Below are positions 39,058 through 49,087 of a DNA stretch of 64,000 nucleotides, piece by piece. Position numbers and translations under genes: made by a program. The notes under the pieces are model-generated. The model saw only the letters and a program-made list of their open reading frames with translations. It was not told the DNA's origin and made no database searches. The DNA comes from Candidatus Aerophobota bacterium (GTDB taxonomy: Bacteria > Aerophobota > Aerophobia > Aerophobales > JAGGXI01), in NCBI GenBank assembly GCA_021163155.1, contig JAGGXI010000061.1, positions 18,768 through 82,767 on the forward strand. The letters are read 5' to 3'. Position 1 is the stretch's first letter. Each line of letters opens with the position of its first letter.

Positions 39058-40185
39058 CTACATTATTATTAACTCTGCTTGAAGGGCTCCTGCTTCCTTT
39101 AGTGCTTGAAAGATAGCAATTATATCCCGAGGAGTTACTTGAAGAGCATTAAGGCTTTTAACTAATTCTTCTACCGTAGCTCCTTTTAATAGAGTTACCC
39201 TTGACTTTTCTTCCTCTACTTGAATTTCTTTTTTTTCTGTGGTGACTGTCTCTCCTCCCTGAGAAAGAGGAGAAGGTTGAGAGATAATAGGTGTGCTTTT
39301 AATAGTAACAAATAGATTTCCCTGGGCTACAGCCACCGGAGAAATGGTTACATTTTCACCTATGACCACAGTTCCTGTTCTTTCATTGATAACAACTTTT
39401 GCTATTGTCACTGGATTTATAGAAAGATTTTCTATCTGAGAGATAAAATTTATTATTGAATTCTCTTTTTGATATTTTTGAGGGGTATTTATTTTAACAG
39501 TTCCTGCATCGAGAGCATAAGCGATGTTATTTTGAAAGTCATTATTTATTGCTTCTGCTATCCTGGTAGCTGTGGTAAAGTCAGGATTTGATAAAATTAA
39601 GGATAGCTCTTTTAAAGGGATATGCAAAAGGGGTGCTTTTATTACTTTTCCTCCCCCCGGAATTCTGCCTACAGTAGGATGGTTTTTTTGTGTTGATGTC
39701 CCTCCTGTTTTTACATTAAATCCACCTATGGATATAGGTCCTTGTGCTGAAACATAGGTTATTCCATTTATTCCCTGGAGAGAAGTTAAAAGAAGTGTTC
39801 CCCCTTGTAAATTTGTAGCATCACCTATTGAAGAGATGGTTACATCTATACAACTTCCCACTTTAGCAAAAGGGGGAAGAGTAGCTGTGACTATTACTGC
39901 GGCAACATTTTTTAAACGAAGGTCTTCAGGATTTACAGTAATTCCCATATTTTGGAGCATATTGCTTACCGACTGCACAGTAAAAGTGACTCCTCTTTTA
40001 TCTCCTGTTCCATCCAAGCCTACTATAAGTCCATAGCCAAATAGTTGGATCTCTTCCAATTTTTCTATTTTTACAATCTCTTTTATTCTCACTTTTGATT
40101 CCGCTATTCCCCAACTAAAGTGGGAAGAGATGATGACTAAAAAGAGAATGAGAAGAAAAATTTTCTTCATAAAAGTATCCTCCAA
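39058..40185 (-). CDS. flgI: flagellar P-ring protein FlgI
   Basis: 375 aa. Signal peptide, then VRIKEIVKIE...LFGYGLIVGLDGTGD, the canonical FlgI N-terminus. Confidence 0.92.
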   Translation of the reverse strand: MEDTFMKKIFLLILFLVIISSHFSWGIAESKVRIKEIVKIEKLEEIQLFGYGLIVGLDGTGDKRGVTFTVQSVSNMLQNMGITVNPEDLRLKNVAAVIVTATLPPFAKVGSCIDVTISSIGDATNLQGGTLLLTSLQGINGITYVSAQGPISIGGFNVKTGGTSTQKNHPTVGRIPGGGKVIKAPLLHIPLKELSLILSNPDFTTATRIAEAINNDFQNNIAYALDAGTVKINTPQKYQKENSIINFISQIENLSINPVTIAKVVINERTGTVVIGENVTISPVAVAQGNLFVTIKSTPIISQPSPLSQGGETVTTEKKEIQVEEEKSRVTLLKGATVEELVKSLNALQVTPRDIIAIFQALKEAGALQAELIIM

Positions 40186-40191
40186 AATAGA

Positions 40192-40806
40192 TTATATTAT
40201 TCCCAACCAGGCAGCTAAACCCAACATTATTAGCCAATTAAATGCTTGAGGAATAAAACCCGCATGCTGGCTCTTTTTAATTGGCCCTTCGCCTTCATAC
40301 TTTATATTTGCTTTGGCAATATAGGTAGAGCGAATAGTATTATTTTCCTGGATATCTTCTGGACGAATGATGCCCTCTAAATAGATAATCTGTTTCTCAT
40401 CATTGATTTTAACTGTTCTTTCCCCTTTAATACGCAGGTTCCCATTAGGAAGGACTTCTATTACTTCAGCTGTAATTTCAGCAATAAGGCTGCCCCTACG
40501 TTGAGTAGAGCCTGAGCCTCCATAGCTATTATTACTACCCCATCCTGAGGAAACAGAGCCTGTTTTATTTTTTTGGAAAAAGGGAGTTATTTTTCCTGCA
40601 GCTTGTGTCTCTTGATTTGTCTGAGTCTTAGCGCTTTGAGAGGCAAGGGAAGATTCGTAAATAATGACGGTGACTATATCCCCTACTTTGTTAGCTTGAT
40701 GAGTAGTAAATAAAGAGGAGACATCATTTGCTAATGAAAAATTAATTTCTAAAAATAGTAATTCTACCATCGTTAAAATAAATACTTTGTATATAGGAAA
40801 TCTCAT
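40192..40806 (-). CDS. flgH: flagellar L-ring protein FlgH
   Basis: 204 aa. Signal peptide, conserved SLF...ANKVGDIVTVII and GNLRIKGERTVKINDEKQIIYLEGIIRPEDI. Confidence 0.85.
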   Translation of the reverse strand: MRFPIYKVFILTMVELLFLEINFSLANDVSSLFTTHQANKVGDIVTVIIYESSLASQSAKTQTNQETQAAGKITPFFQKNKTGSVSSGWGSNNSYGGSGSTQRRGSLIAEITAEVIEVLPNGNLRIKGERTVKINDEKQIIYLEGIIRPEDIQENNTIRSTYIAKANIKYEGEGPIKKSQHAGFIPQAFNWLIMLGLAAWLGII

Positions 40807-40823
40807 TTTATTCCTCCGTAAGA

Positions 40824-41702
40824 TTATCTTAAACTTATTTTCACTGTTTTATTGTCTATAATCTCTCCCTCAATTTTTTTCAGAGAGTCTACATTAAGAA
40901 CTTTGATTTTCTCTCCCTTTTTGCCGGATTCAAGAGCTTTTCCCCTGGTTATCACTCTTATATTTTCTCCTTCTGCTAAGAGGGTAATTATATCTCCCCT
41001 GTTTACAATAAAGGGTAAATTGGCTAAAGATTGAAAAGTAGAGATATTACTTTTAACTTTCTTTGATTCTCCTCTTTCGCTTAAAATTCTTGCAGGAAAA
41101 TGTATAGTTTGATAAATTTTGCTATCAACTACTATCTTTATGGAAATTATTAAATATCCTTGAGAGTCAGGAGAAGATTCAATGTTTGGTATTAAACTCA
41201 CTTTGTTTGGAGGAACTATTACTGAAGAAGGGATTCTCTTTTCGTCTATCTTTAACTCTTTTCCCTGGTAAAGGGGGAGGACAAGCTCTTTTGCTAATTT
41301 TATAATCTCCTCTTTTTTAATTATCCTGGAAGAAGAACTTACACAAATCTGATGAGCCCCTTTCAGCAAAATCTCTTCTGAATTAACTCTATTTTGATAT
41401 AGACGAACAAGGATATAATCTCTATTTAAATTCCGAGATTTTCCCGGTAAAGGAGAAGAACCTATTCTTATTTCTTTAAGTTTTTTAAAAAATTCTTTAT
41501 TTTCTGTCTGAATTTCAGCTATTTCTCCAAGTAAAATAAAAGACCCTTTTGTTATGGCAAAATCTTTAAGGTAGATTATTGCTTTTTCTTTTCCTTGAAC
41601 CTGGGCAGTTATCAAGAAGACTAAAATTAAATCTACCACTAAAATCATTATTCTTTTCTGAAAGTTTCTTCTCTCATTTTTCATAGTTTTCTTTACCATA
41701 TA
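40824..41702 (-). CDS. flgA: flagellar basal-body P-ring formation chaperone FlgA (SAF domain)
   Basis: FlgA/SAF C-terminal pattern (GDIITLLAEGENIRVITRGKALESGKKGEKIKVLNVDSLKKIEGEII). The track start (41783) overlaps flgG. The start at MVKK (41702) removes the overlap. Confidence 0.75.
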   Translation of the reverse strand, partial: YMVKKTMKNERRNFQKRIMILVVDLILVFLITAQVQGKEKAIIYLKDFAITKGSFILLGEIAEIQTENKEFFKKLKEIRIGSSPLPGKSRNLNRDYILVRLYQNRVNSEEILLKGAHQICVSSSSRIIKKEEIIKLAKELVLPLYQGKELKIDEKRIPSSVIVPPNKVSLIPNIESSPDSQGYLIISIKIVVDSKIYQTIHFPARILSERGESKKVKSNISTFQSLANLPFIVNRGDIITLLAEGENIRVITRGKALESGKKGEKIKVLNVDSLKKIEGEIIDNKTVKISLR

Positions 41703-41712
41703 ACCCTTATTT

Positions 41713-42501
41713 TTATCTTCGCAGATTATTAGCGATACGCAGCATCTCATCGGTAGTTTGAATAGATTTGGCATTAATTTCATAAGCTCTTTGAGCGATA
41801 ATCATATTTGCCATCTCTTCCACTACCTGGACATTGGACATCTCTAAAAATCCCTGGGAGATAGCTCCAAATCCTTCCAATCCCGGTGCTCCTGTAATAG
41901 ATTCTCCTGAAGCATCAGTGGTTTCATATAAGTTATATCCTATACTTTTAAGCCCACCAGGGTTAATGAATTTAGCCAGGGCTATGCTTCCTACCTGTTG
42001 AGGGGTAGTGCTACCCGGAATTAAGACAGAAACGGTTCCATCATGAGAGATGGAAATATTTGTAGCCTCCGAAGGAATGACTATCTCTGGTTCTAAGGGA
42101 AGGCCGTTGGCAGTAACCATTCTTCCGTCCTTGTCTAATTTAAACGACCCATCTCGAGTATAGGCTACACTTCCGTCTGGTTGGAGTACCTGGAAAAATC
42201 CATTTCCTTCAATTACTATATCTAAGGGGTTTTTTGTCTCTGTAATGTCTCCCTGTGTAAATAGTTTCTCAATAGCTACCGGCTGAACTCCATGACCAAC
42301 CTCAATTCCTACAGGGAGTTGTCCTCCTCCCGGAGCTTTTGTTCCTGCCATAGTTATAATTTGATAAAGTAAATCTTGAAAATTAACTCGACTCTTCTTA
42401 AATCCAGAAGTATTCACATTAGCTAGGTTATTGGCTATAGTGTCTATAAATAGTTGTTGGGCTTTCATCCCTGCCGCTGCAGTCCATATTGCTCTTAACA
42501 T
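41713..42501 (-). CDS. flgG: flagellar basal-body distal rod protein FlgG
   Basis: 262 aa. MLRAIWTAAAGMKAQQLFIDTIANNLANVNTSGFKK and a C-terminal EMANMIIAQRAYEINAKSIQTTDEM. Confidence 0.9.
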   Translation of the reverse strand: MLRAIWTAAAGMKAQQLFIDTIANNLANVNTSGFKKSRVNFQDLLYQIITMAGTKAPGGGQLPVGIEVGHGVQPVAIEKLFTQGDITETKNPLDIVIEGNGFFQVLQPDGSVAYTRDGSFKLDKDGRMVTANGLPLEPEIVIPSEATNISISHDGTVSVLIPGSTTPQQVGSIALAKFINPGGLKSIGYNLYETTDASGESITGAPGLEGFGAISQGFLEMSNVQVVEEMANMIIAQRAYEINAKSIQTTDEMLRIANNLRR

Positions 42502-42520
42502 AAGATTACCTCCTTTATTT

Positions 42521-43249
42521 TTATTTTGTTATTGAGCCTATTTCATTACATATTTTGTTTAAAGTGTTATCCTCAGATTGGATTACTTTTTGATTTGCTT
42601 CATACAGGCGAAAATTTTCTATTAAATTAACCATCTCTTCAATTATGTTTACATTAGATGCTTCAAGATACCCTTCTTTAATAAATGTTTCTTTTGTTTT
42701 CTTTATTTTAGTTGAATTATAAGCTTTAAATAGATTATTTCCTTGTTTAGAGAAAAGAGAAGGGTTATCTATTCTTATTTGGTTAATCACTTTTCCATTT
42801 ACTATCATTTCACCCTTCTTATTAAATTTTAAGTCGTTTACAATCCCATCACTGGTGAGGGATATAGGCCCTTTTTCTCCTAATAGATAGAAACCATCAG
42901 CATTTACTAATTTTCCCTTATTGTCTAAGGAAAAATTACCATCCCGAGTATAAGCTACTCCTTGAGGAGTAAGTAAAGCGAAAAATCCTTCTCCCTCAAG
43001 GGCAAAGTTGAGGTTGTTTTCTGTGGAAATAAGTTGTCCTTGAGTTAAGTCAACAAAAGTAGCTTCCATTTTAGTTTGTCTTGTATCTTGATTCATCTCT
43101 CTTTCAAGGAGAGTAGAGAAAGATTTATAAATGGGAATATCTTTTTTAAACCCTATTGTCTCAGAATTAGCTAAATTATTGGTTATTACCTCTTGAGTAT
43201 TTATAGCAGATAACATTCCGGAAGCAGCACTATATAATCCTCTAAGCAT
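42521..43249 (-). CDS. flgF: flagellar basal-body rod protein FlgF (FlgG paralogue)
   Basis: Rod-protein N-terminus (MLRGLYSAASGM...NNLANSETIGFKK) and C-terminus. The start is taken at the internal M. Confidence 0.8.
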   Translation of the reverse strand: MLRGLYSAASGMLSAINTQEVITNNLANSETIGFKKDIPIYKSFSTLLEREMNQDTRQTKMEATFVDLTQGQLISTENNLNFALEGEGFFALLTPQGVAYTRDGNFSLDNKGKLVNADGFYLLGEKGPISLTSDGIVNDLKFNKKGEMIVNGKVINQIRIDNPSLFSKQGNNLFKAYNSTKIKKTKETFIKEGYLEASNVNIIEEMVNLIENFRLYEANQKVIQSEDNTLNKICNEIGSITK

Positions 43250-43431
43250 AAATTTCTCCTTAAATTTAAATCTCAATACTAATAAGAGCAAAATTTATGC
43301 CAAGTTTTGTCTATTCCATTTTGTTAAAAAAGACGGCTTTGCAAAGTCATCCTATAATAATAAGTGGAATTTCACCGAAATTGAATAGGAAGAATTTTCC
43401 TTTTAAGGTAGGAACAAATGAAGTAATTTTT

Positions 43432-43710
43432 TTAAAGAATGTTTTGGGTTAGTTTTTTAATAGTCTCCTCAATAATTTTCTCAGATTTATATTCTCCTCT
43501 TACTATTTTTTCCTTTATCTCTTTTATCTTTTCTTCCCTTACTTCTGGCATATCTTTTATTATCTTTACATATTTTGATATTCTTTTAGCCTCTGGAGAG
43601 ATATCTATCCTATCCTTTTTTTCTTTACGGTGTAATTTACGAGTTTGATTTTTTGCTTCCTCAATTTGATGATGAGGACGAGGAATTCCCTTTATTTCAT
43701 TTATATCCAT
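43432..43710 (-). CDS. flgM: anti-sigma-28 factor FlgM
   Basis: 92 aa. The C-terminal half (KIKEIKEKIVRGEYKSEKIIEETIKKL) matches the FlgM sigma-28-binding helices. Position is upstream of the flg genes. Confidence 0.7.
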   Translation of the reverse strand: MDINEIKGIPRPHHQIEEAKNQTRKLHRKEKKDRIDISPEAKRISKYVKIIKDMPEVREEKIKEIKEKIVRGEYKSEKIIEETIKKLTQNIL

Positions 43711-43883
43711 TTCTTTCTCCTTACCTTTTATTTGCCATCGGGTAGGGGAGGCTTTAGCCTCCCATTGTTTTAAAAATTATTCACCTGAACTCTCTGATTA
43801 CACCGATTTAGCGAGGATAATCTAATTTGTGTAATCTCGATTTTTATCTGTGAAATCAGAGATTTCTGAATTTTTCAGAAACC

Positions 43884-44258
43884 TCATTCGTTTAATAGTT
43901 GATTAATTTTTGTTTTTAAGTCTTCCTTAGAGAAAGGTTTTGTAATATAACTGCTTGCACCTGCTTTAAGTGCTGCCATTACTTCATCCTGGGTATTTAC
44001 TGTGGTTACCATAACAATAGGAATATTTTGGTAATTATCGATAGCTCTTACAGTATGAAGAAACTGTAATCCATTCATTTCAGGCATATTCCAATCACAA
44101 ATTATAAGGTTAATCTCCTCTTCCTCCAATTTTTTCAGTCCTTCTGCTCCATTAGGAGCTTCTTTTATGTTAGAATAACCTATTTGAGTTAAGTGATGCT
44201 TTAATATCTTCCGCATAGTTATCGAATCATCAACAATTAAGATGGTCTTTTCTGCCAT
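43884..44258 (-). CDS. cheY: chemotaxis response regulator CheY (single receiver domain)
   Basis: 124 aa. DD pair (LIVDDS), phospho-acceptor Asp in LIICDWNMPEMNG, T and K residues (TTV...ITKPF). Confidence 0.85.
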   Translation of the reverse strand: MAEKTILIVDDSITMRKILKHHLTQIGYSNIKEAPNGAEGLKKLEEEEINLIICDWNMPEMNGLQFLHTVRAIDNYQNIPIVMVTTVNTQDEVMAALKAGASSYITKPFSKEDLKTKINQLLNE

Positions 44259-44317
44259 TTTTTACCTATTCACTCTATTATAGAGGAGTTTCTCTACTTA
44301 ACAGGATTTATCTTTTT

Positions 44318-45085
44318 CTAAAATTTGTTCAATACTTTTTTTAGTTCTTCTAAACGAAACGGCTTGGCAATATATTTATATACCCCAATCTTATCTACTT
44401 CTTCCCTGGTTTTTTTATCTATAGTACTGGTAACTACTATTACTGGAATATCTTTTTTTGATTCTTTTAAGGCTTGAAGAAACTCCAATCCACTCATCTC
44501 GGGTAGATTTAACTCTATTATAATTAAGTCAGGATTTTTAAATTCTACCGCCTCTAAAGCTTCTAACCCGTTGGAAACACAAGTTACATTATACTTCTCT
44601 GTCTCCAAAACTCCCTCGTAAAATTTCTGCACTCTTGGTTCACTATCTACGCATAGTATAAGTTTTCTTTTTAAGTATTGCTCCTTTTGGCTCTGGAGAG
44701 TCTCTTTAACTATTCTTTTTATCTCTTTCTTTTCAATAGGTTTAGGCAGAAAATTGACCACTCCTAATCTCTTCGCTTCAATTTCTGCCTCTTTTTGGGG
44801 GTAAGCAGTTACCATTATTACAGGTAGATTATCTAATTGAACTACACTTTGCATATCATAAGTGATTTGCCTAATCCTTCTTAAAACTTCCACTCCATTT
44901 ATATCAGGTAATTCTAAATCAAGAATAAGGAGGTCCACATTTTTTCTCATTACTGTATCTAAAGCCTCTTTTCCCGTTCGAACGAATAATAACTCATAAT
45001 CATCATCTGTCAAGCTTTGTTTGAGAAATATTTGGAATAGTTTTACATCATCAGCGATAAGTATAATTTTAGTCTTCTCGTTCAT
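44318..45085 (-). CDS. response regulator with two receiver domains and no output domain
   Basis: 255 aa. REC1 (ILIADD...LLILDLELPDING...VTAYP...LPKP) and REC2 (ILCVDSEP...LIIIELNLPEMSG...VTSTID...IAKPF). Confidence 0.8.
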   Translation of the reverse strand: MNEKTKIILIADDVKLFQIFLKQSLTDDDYELLFVRTGKEALDTVMRKNVDLLILDLELPDINGVEVLRRIRQITYDMQSVVQLDNLPVIMVTAYPQKEAEIEAKRLGVVNFLPKPIEKKEIKRIVKETLQSQKEQYLKRKLILCVDSEPRVQKFYEGVLETEKYNVTCVSNGLEALEAVEFKNPDLIIIELNLPEMSGLEFLQALKESKKDIPVIVVTSTIDKKTREEVDKIGVYKYIAKPFRLEELKKVLNKF

Positions 45086-45130
45086 TGGTAAAAGTTTCTC
45101 TTTTCTTTGTATGAATTGTCTATATCTATT

Positions 45131-45157
45131 ATCGGCAAAGTTTATTTAAACTTTAAT
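45131..45157 (-). promoter_or_regulatory. sigma-28 (FliA) promoter upstream of the 2xREC-cheY-flgM genes: TAAAGTTT-N11-GCCGATAA
   Basis: Minus-strand TAAAGTTT (plus 45150-45157), 11-nt spacer, GCCGATAA (plus 45131-45138), about 45 nt upstream of the ORF start at 45085. Confidence 0.75.
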
Positions 45158-45382
45158 AAAGCGTTCTGCACTAACTAGTTTTTATACAGGGGAATCGGTG
45201 CGAGGATATAGACCTCATTTCCTCTTTTATTATGCACAGGAAGCTTATCTAAACCAAAGCCAAGCTTTTGCTCTTTGATCCTATTCTCTACCGTGGCTCG
45301 GTTATTGTAAAACCTATAGCAGGACAGTTTATCAAGCTCTTACGCAACCTGAAGGTTGCGGCTACCAATATTTTGCCTCCTT

Positions 45383-45907
45383 CTATAATCCTTTGTTTTG
45401 TTTTTCTTTCCTCTCTAATCCTGCTTTTCCTTCTTCCCCTCGGCCCTTTAAAATATCAATAGCATGGGGTAGGGTGGGAAGAATTAACTCAAGGCATTCT
45501 TTAACTCCTTTTGGGCTGCCGGGTAAATTAATGATGAGACTCTCTTTTCGTGTTCCCGCTGTAGCACGAGAGAGAATAGCATTAGGAGTAATTTTAAAGC
45601 TCTCTCCCCGCATCACTTCTCCAAATCCGAAAGCCTCTTTTTCTATTACATCTCTTGTAGCTTCTGGAGTATTATCGCGAGAGGAAAGCCCTGTTCCCCC
45701 TGTAGTTAAAACTAAATCTATTTTTAAACAATCAACCATCTCTTTAATGGTTTTTGAAATCAACCTTTTTTCATCAGGAACTATTTTATATTTAACTATT
45801 TTTCCTAAATTTTTTACTACTGCTTTAATAACAGGCCCGCTTTCATCTTTTTTTTCTCCTCGGCTGCATCTATCGCTAACAGTGATTATCCCAATACTAA
45901 TCTTCAT
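45383..45907 (-). CDS. mogA: molybdopterin adenylyltransferase MogA/MoaB family
   Basis: 174 aa. TTGGTG motif (LVLTTGGTGLSSRD) and GSP motif. The last about 12 residues (GLERKEKQNKGL) are encoded by a GGATTAGAG repeat element. Confidence 0.85.
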   Translation of the reverse strand: MKISIGIITVSDRCSRGEKKDESGPVIKAVVKNLGKIVKYKIVPDEKRLISKTIKEMVDCLKIDLVLTTGGTGLSSRDNTPEATRDVIEKEAFGFGEVMRGESFKITPNAILSRATAGTRKESLIINLPGSPKGVKECLELILPTLPHAIDILKGRGEEGKAGLERKEKQNKGL

Positions 45908-45935
45908 TTTTCACCTCAATTACATCTCCAACTTT

Positions 45936-46130
45936 TTCCCTCTAATCCTCTAATCCTCTAATCCTTCTTTTTCCCTCTAATCCTGCCTTTACGCAGGCTC
46001 TGAGCCTCGCGGCTACCGGTATCTCTTTTTCTTTAATCCTGCCTTTTTGTTTCTGTTTTTTCCTGCTTTTCCCTCTAATCCTCTAATCCTCTAATCCTCT
46101 AATCCTGTTTTTTTTGTTTCTGCTTTTTTA
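45936..46130 (-). repeat. REP core (CGCAGGCTCTGAGCCTCGCGGCTACC subtype), CTAATCC arrays and an A-rich module between mogA and moaC
   Basis: CCCTCTAATCCTCTAATCCTCTAATCC...CCTTTACGCAGGCTCTGAGCCTCGCGGCTACCGGTATC...CTAATCCTCTAATCCTCTAATCCTCTAATCCTG. It overlaps the moaC 3' end. Confidence 0.85.
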
Positions 46131-46566
46131 TAAAATGTCCGCTTTTCCCTCCCTTTTTTTCTACAAGTTCAATATTAGATATGGATATTTCCCTATCCAC
46201 TCCTTTACACATATCATAAATAGTTAAAGCAGCTAAGGCTACAGCTGTTAAAGCCTCCATCTCTACACCTGTTCTATCTATAGCAGATACTTTTGAGTTT
46301 ATAATGATGGTATCTTCTTTAAGTTCAAAATCGATCTTAACATTGGTAATCCTTAAAGGATGACACATTGGAATAAGAGAGGATGTTTTCTTAGCAGCAA
46401 GGATTCCTGCTACATTAGCTACACTTAAAACATCTCCTTTAGGCATTTTTCCTTCTTTAATCGCTTTAACAGTCTCCTTTTTTAAAGAGAGATATCCTCT
46501 GGCTATAGCTTCTCTTTTTGTAATCTTTTTATCTCCCACGTCTACCATTTTAATCTTTTCTATCAT
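46099..46566 (-). CDS. moaC: cyclic pyranopterin monophosphate synthase MoaC
   Basis: 155 aa. Conserved [29 protein letters not shown]. The C-terminal KKQKQKKQD plus the TAG stop derive from the repeat element. Confidence 0.9.
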   Translation of the reverse strand: MIEKIKMVDVGDKKITKREAIARGYLSLKKETVKAIKEGKMPKGDVLSVANVAGILAAKKTSSLIPMCHPLRITNVKIDFELKEDTIIINSKVSAIDRTGVEMEALTAVALAALTIYDMCKGVDREISISNIELVEKKGGKSGHFIKKQKQKKQD

Positions 46567-46572
46567 ATATTT

Positions 46573-47544
46573 TTATCCTCCTATCTGAAACATTGGCCTT
46601 TTCTGGTAAGCTAAATGAGGAGAGTTTCGTAAATTCACCTTTTTAAGTAAAGCTAAATCAAAAAGATGTTTAACTTCTCCCTCTCCTCCCCCTCCACGAA
46701 GAACTTTCTTTACATTCTCAAAAGAATTGGAAAGAAGACAGGGGTATAGTTTCCCATCGGCTGTGAGCCGTAGACGATTACAATCTTTGCAAAAGGGATA
46801 GCTAATTGGACTGATGAATCCTACTATAGCCTTACTTTCTCCAACTTTATAGTATTTAGCAGGCTCACCTTTATAACTAAAATTAAGGGGAAGAAGAACA
46901 CCAAAATCTTTTTCTATAATCCTTTTTACAGTAATATTGGAAAAATAAAGATTCTTTTTATTTTGTTTTCCAATGGGCATATATTCAATAAAACGAACCG
47001 CCACAGAATTCTCCATACTAAATTTAATAAAATCAGGAATTTCTACATCATTTATACCCTTCAATACTACTGTATTAATTTTTACTGGATTTAAACCTAC
47101 TTTTTGAGCAGTCTTTATTCCTTCAAGCACTTCATAGAGTTTATCATCTCCTGTAATTTTTAAAAAATTTTTTCTATTTAAGCTATCCAAACTTACATTA
47201 ACTCGCTTAAGACCTGCCTGCTTTAATTCCAAAGCAAATTGGCGGAGCTTTGTTCCATTTGTGGTCATTGTTATTTCATCTATTCCGGGGATTTTTTGAA
47301 TCATATTTACCAGTGTAGCGATACTCTTCTTTAACAATGGTTCGCCCCCTGTAATTCTCACTTTTTTTATTCCCCACTTTGCCATCCAATGGATAACAAG
47401 TTCCATTTCCTCAAAACTTAGCAGCTCAGAATGAGCTAAATGAACATTACGACTAAATGATGAGCGGCAATAGATGCAGTGAAGGTTACAAAAATCAGTA
47501 ATGGAAAGTCTTAGATAATTAACTTTCATTCTATCCCTCGCCAA
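46573..47544 (-). CDS. moaA: GTP 3',8-cyclase MoaA (radical SAM)
   Basis: 323 aa. CNLHCIYC radical-SAM cluster motif, a second cluster Cys triad (CKDCNRLRLTADGKLYPC), C-terminal GG. Confidence 0.92.
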   Translation of the reverse strand: MARDRMKVNYLRLSITDFCNLHCIYCRSSFSRNVHLAHSELLSFEEMELVIHWMAKWGIKKVRITGGEPLLKKSIATLVNMIQKIPGIDEITMTTNGTKLRQFALELKQAGLKRVNVSLDSLNRKNFLKITGDDKLYEVLEGIKTAQKVGLNPVKINTVVLKGINDVEIPDFIKFSMENSVAVRFIEYMPIGKQNKKNLYFSNITVKRIIEKDFGVLLPLNFSYKGEPAKYYKVGESKAIVGFISPISYPFCKDCNRLRLTADGKLYPCLLSNSFENVKKVLRGGGGEGEVKHLFDLALLKKVNLRNSPHLAYQKRPMFQIGG

Positions 47545-48791
47545 TTCAAAATTTCAACTTCTACCTTTTCTCCTGCTTTCACTCTTTCTACCTCTCTGGG
47601 CACTATTATTAGCCCATTAGCCTGGACTAAAGATTTAAGCACACCCGACTTTTGGGAGAGGATAGGAGTTGCCCACCACTCACCTCTTTCTTGTATCATC
47701 TTTACCCGAATGAAATTTTCTCTTTTACTCTTATTTTTAATATCTTTTTTAAGATACGCTTTTAAAGTTAATCTATTCCAATCTTTTCTTCCCAACATAG
47801 AGAATATTGCTGGTTTAACTAAGTTTTCAAAATTTAGTATTGAAGAGACAGGAAAGCCGGGGAGACCAAAAACCAATGTCTCCATCTTAACTCCAAAAAA
47901 GGTGGGTTTTCCTGGTTTTACAGCTACTCTCCAAAATTTTTTTTTTACACCAGCATCTTTTAAAGTATTCTTTACTAAATCATATTTCCCTACAGAAACA
48001 CCTCCGGATAAGATTAAAATATTGCTTTTAAGACCCTCTTTAACTTTAGATAAAATTTTTTCTTTATTGTCTCCAGCAATACCCAGGTTTTTGGGAAGAG
48101 TTCCACAAGATAATGCTTGGCAGAAGAGTGCATAACCATTGCTATTATAAATTTTACCTATTGGTAATTCCTTACCTGGCTCTCTTATCTCTTCGCCAGT
48201 AACTATTATGGAGATCTCTGGTCTTTTACGGACCAAAACTTCCTTTCTACCCAGTGAAGCTAACATCCCTACCTCTACCGCTCCAATGAATCTTCCTTTA
48301 GGGAGGATAAGTTCACCTTTTTTCACATCTTCTCCTTTAAGGCTAACATTTTCCCCTGGAGATACTTCCTTAAATATTTCTACCTCTTTATTGCTTAGCA
48401 TCCGAGTATCCTCTACCATTACTACAGCATCTCCTTTTAAAGGCATAGGGGCACCTGTCATAATTTTGATAGCTTTTCCTTTGGACAGAGTAAAATTAGT
48501 CCCACTTCCTGCAGGTAACTCAGCTGTCACTTCTAAAACAATTGGATTCTCAGAAGATGCTTTGAGAGTATCCTTAGAGATAACTGCGTATCCATCCATT
48601 GCAGCGCGTTTAAAAGGGGGGACATCAAAATCTGCATAAACATTTTCAGCCAATACTCTGCTGTATGAAGAAAGTAGGCTAACTTTCTTTATTGATAAAG
48701 GTTCGAGTTTATCAACCTCATTTAAAACAATCTCCTGGGCTTTCTTTAAACTAATCATCTTCTCTCCTCCATTATATGAATGTAATGTCAA
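47526..48791 (-). CDS. moeA: molybdopterin molybdenumtransferase MoeA
   Basis: 421 aa. MoeA N/linker, MoCF_biosynth core (ILSGGVSVGKYD) and the MoeA C-terminal domain. Confidence 0.88.
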   Translation of the reverse strand: MTLHSYNGGEKMISLKKAQEIVLNEVDKLEPLSIKKVSLLSSYSRVLAENVYADFDVPPFKRAAMDGYAVISKDTLKASSENPIVLEVTAELPAGSGTNFTLSKGKAIKIMTGAPMPLKGDAVVMVEDTRMLSNKEVEIFKEVSPGENVSLKGEDVKKGELILPKGRFIGAVEVGMLASLGRKEVLVRKRPEISIIVTGEEIREPGKELPIGKIYNSNGYALFCQALSCGTLPKNLGIAGDNKEKILSKVKEGLKSNILILSGGVSVGKYDLVKNTLKDAGVKKKFWRVAVKPGKPTFFGVKMETLVFGLPGFPVSSILNFENLVKPAIFSMLGRKDWNRLTLKAYLKKDIKNKSKRENFIRVKMIQERGEWWATPILSQKSGVLKSLVQANGLIIVPREVERVKAGEKVEVEILNWRGIE

Positions 48792-48803
48792 AAATAATCT
48801 ATT

Positions 48804-48853
48804 TTCTGGAATTGGTAGCCGCGAGGCTCAGAGCCTGCGTAACCCGAAGGTTG
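48804..48853. repeat. REPIN-like doublet GGTAGCCGCGAGGCTCAGAGCCTGCG-TAACCCGAA-GGTTGCGGCTACC
   Basis: GTAG/CTAC arms enclose two palindromes. It lies in the moeA upstream region. Confidence 0.75.
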
Positions 48854-48880
48854 CGGCTACCGGTTTTTAACATTACTATA

Positions 48881-48918
48881 AAAAAAGGCCAACTCCTTTT
48901 GGAAAAAGGTATTGGCCT
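48881..48918 (-). terminator. putative bidirectional stem-loop (GGCCAA...TTGGCC) with a T7 run on the minus sense; candidate terminator of the pgsA-pgpA operon
   Basis: Minus-sense hairpin followed by TTTTTTT. It lies about 170 nt downstream of the pgpA stop. Confidence 0.4.
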
Positions 48919-49087
48919 TTATAAAAAGTTCCCCTTTCCAAGAATGGGAGGCATAGTCATTTCTAACTATACCCTATCGGCCATCTACCATAAACTCTCT
49001 TTTAGGTAAGATAGCTCGGAGAATTTAAAAACGTAAATATAATAAAAAGAGCTGACTTAATTTAATAAATTTTCAGTGAGTTGTCAA

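Noticed and set aside
41703-41783. flgA start at 41783 overlapping flgG by 70 nt
   Set aside because: The N-terminal 27 residues are atypical for FlgA (MKLMPNLFKLPMRCC...). The start at MVKK (41702), followed by a signal peptide, removes the overlap.
43711-43883. A third sigma-28 promoter directly upstream of flgM
   Set aside because: The best candidate (CTAAATCGGTGTAATCAGAG...) lacks a GCCGATAA-like -10 at the correct spacing. flgM is more likely co-transcribed from the sigma-28 promoter at 45131-45157.
45393-45953. 186-aa plus-strand ORF, and other long antisense ORFs (70-330, 2609-2827, 29738-31618 series, 47710-48135, 48208-48639, 51172-51723)
   Set aside because: These are shadow ORFs antisense to well-supported genes (mogA, purA, fliD, moeA, ftsK), with low-complexity Ser/Pro/Phe-rich translations and no motifs.
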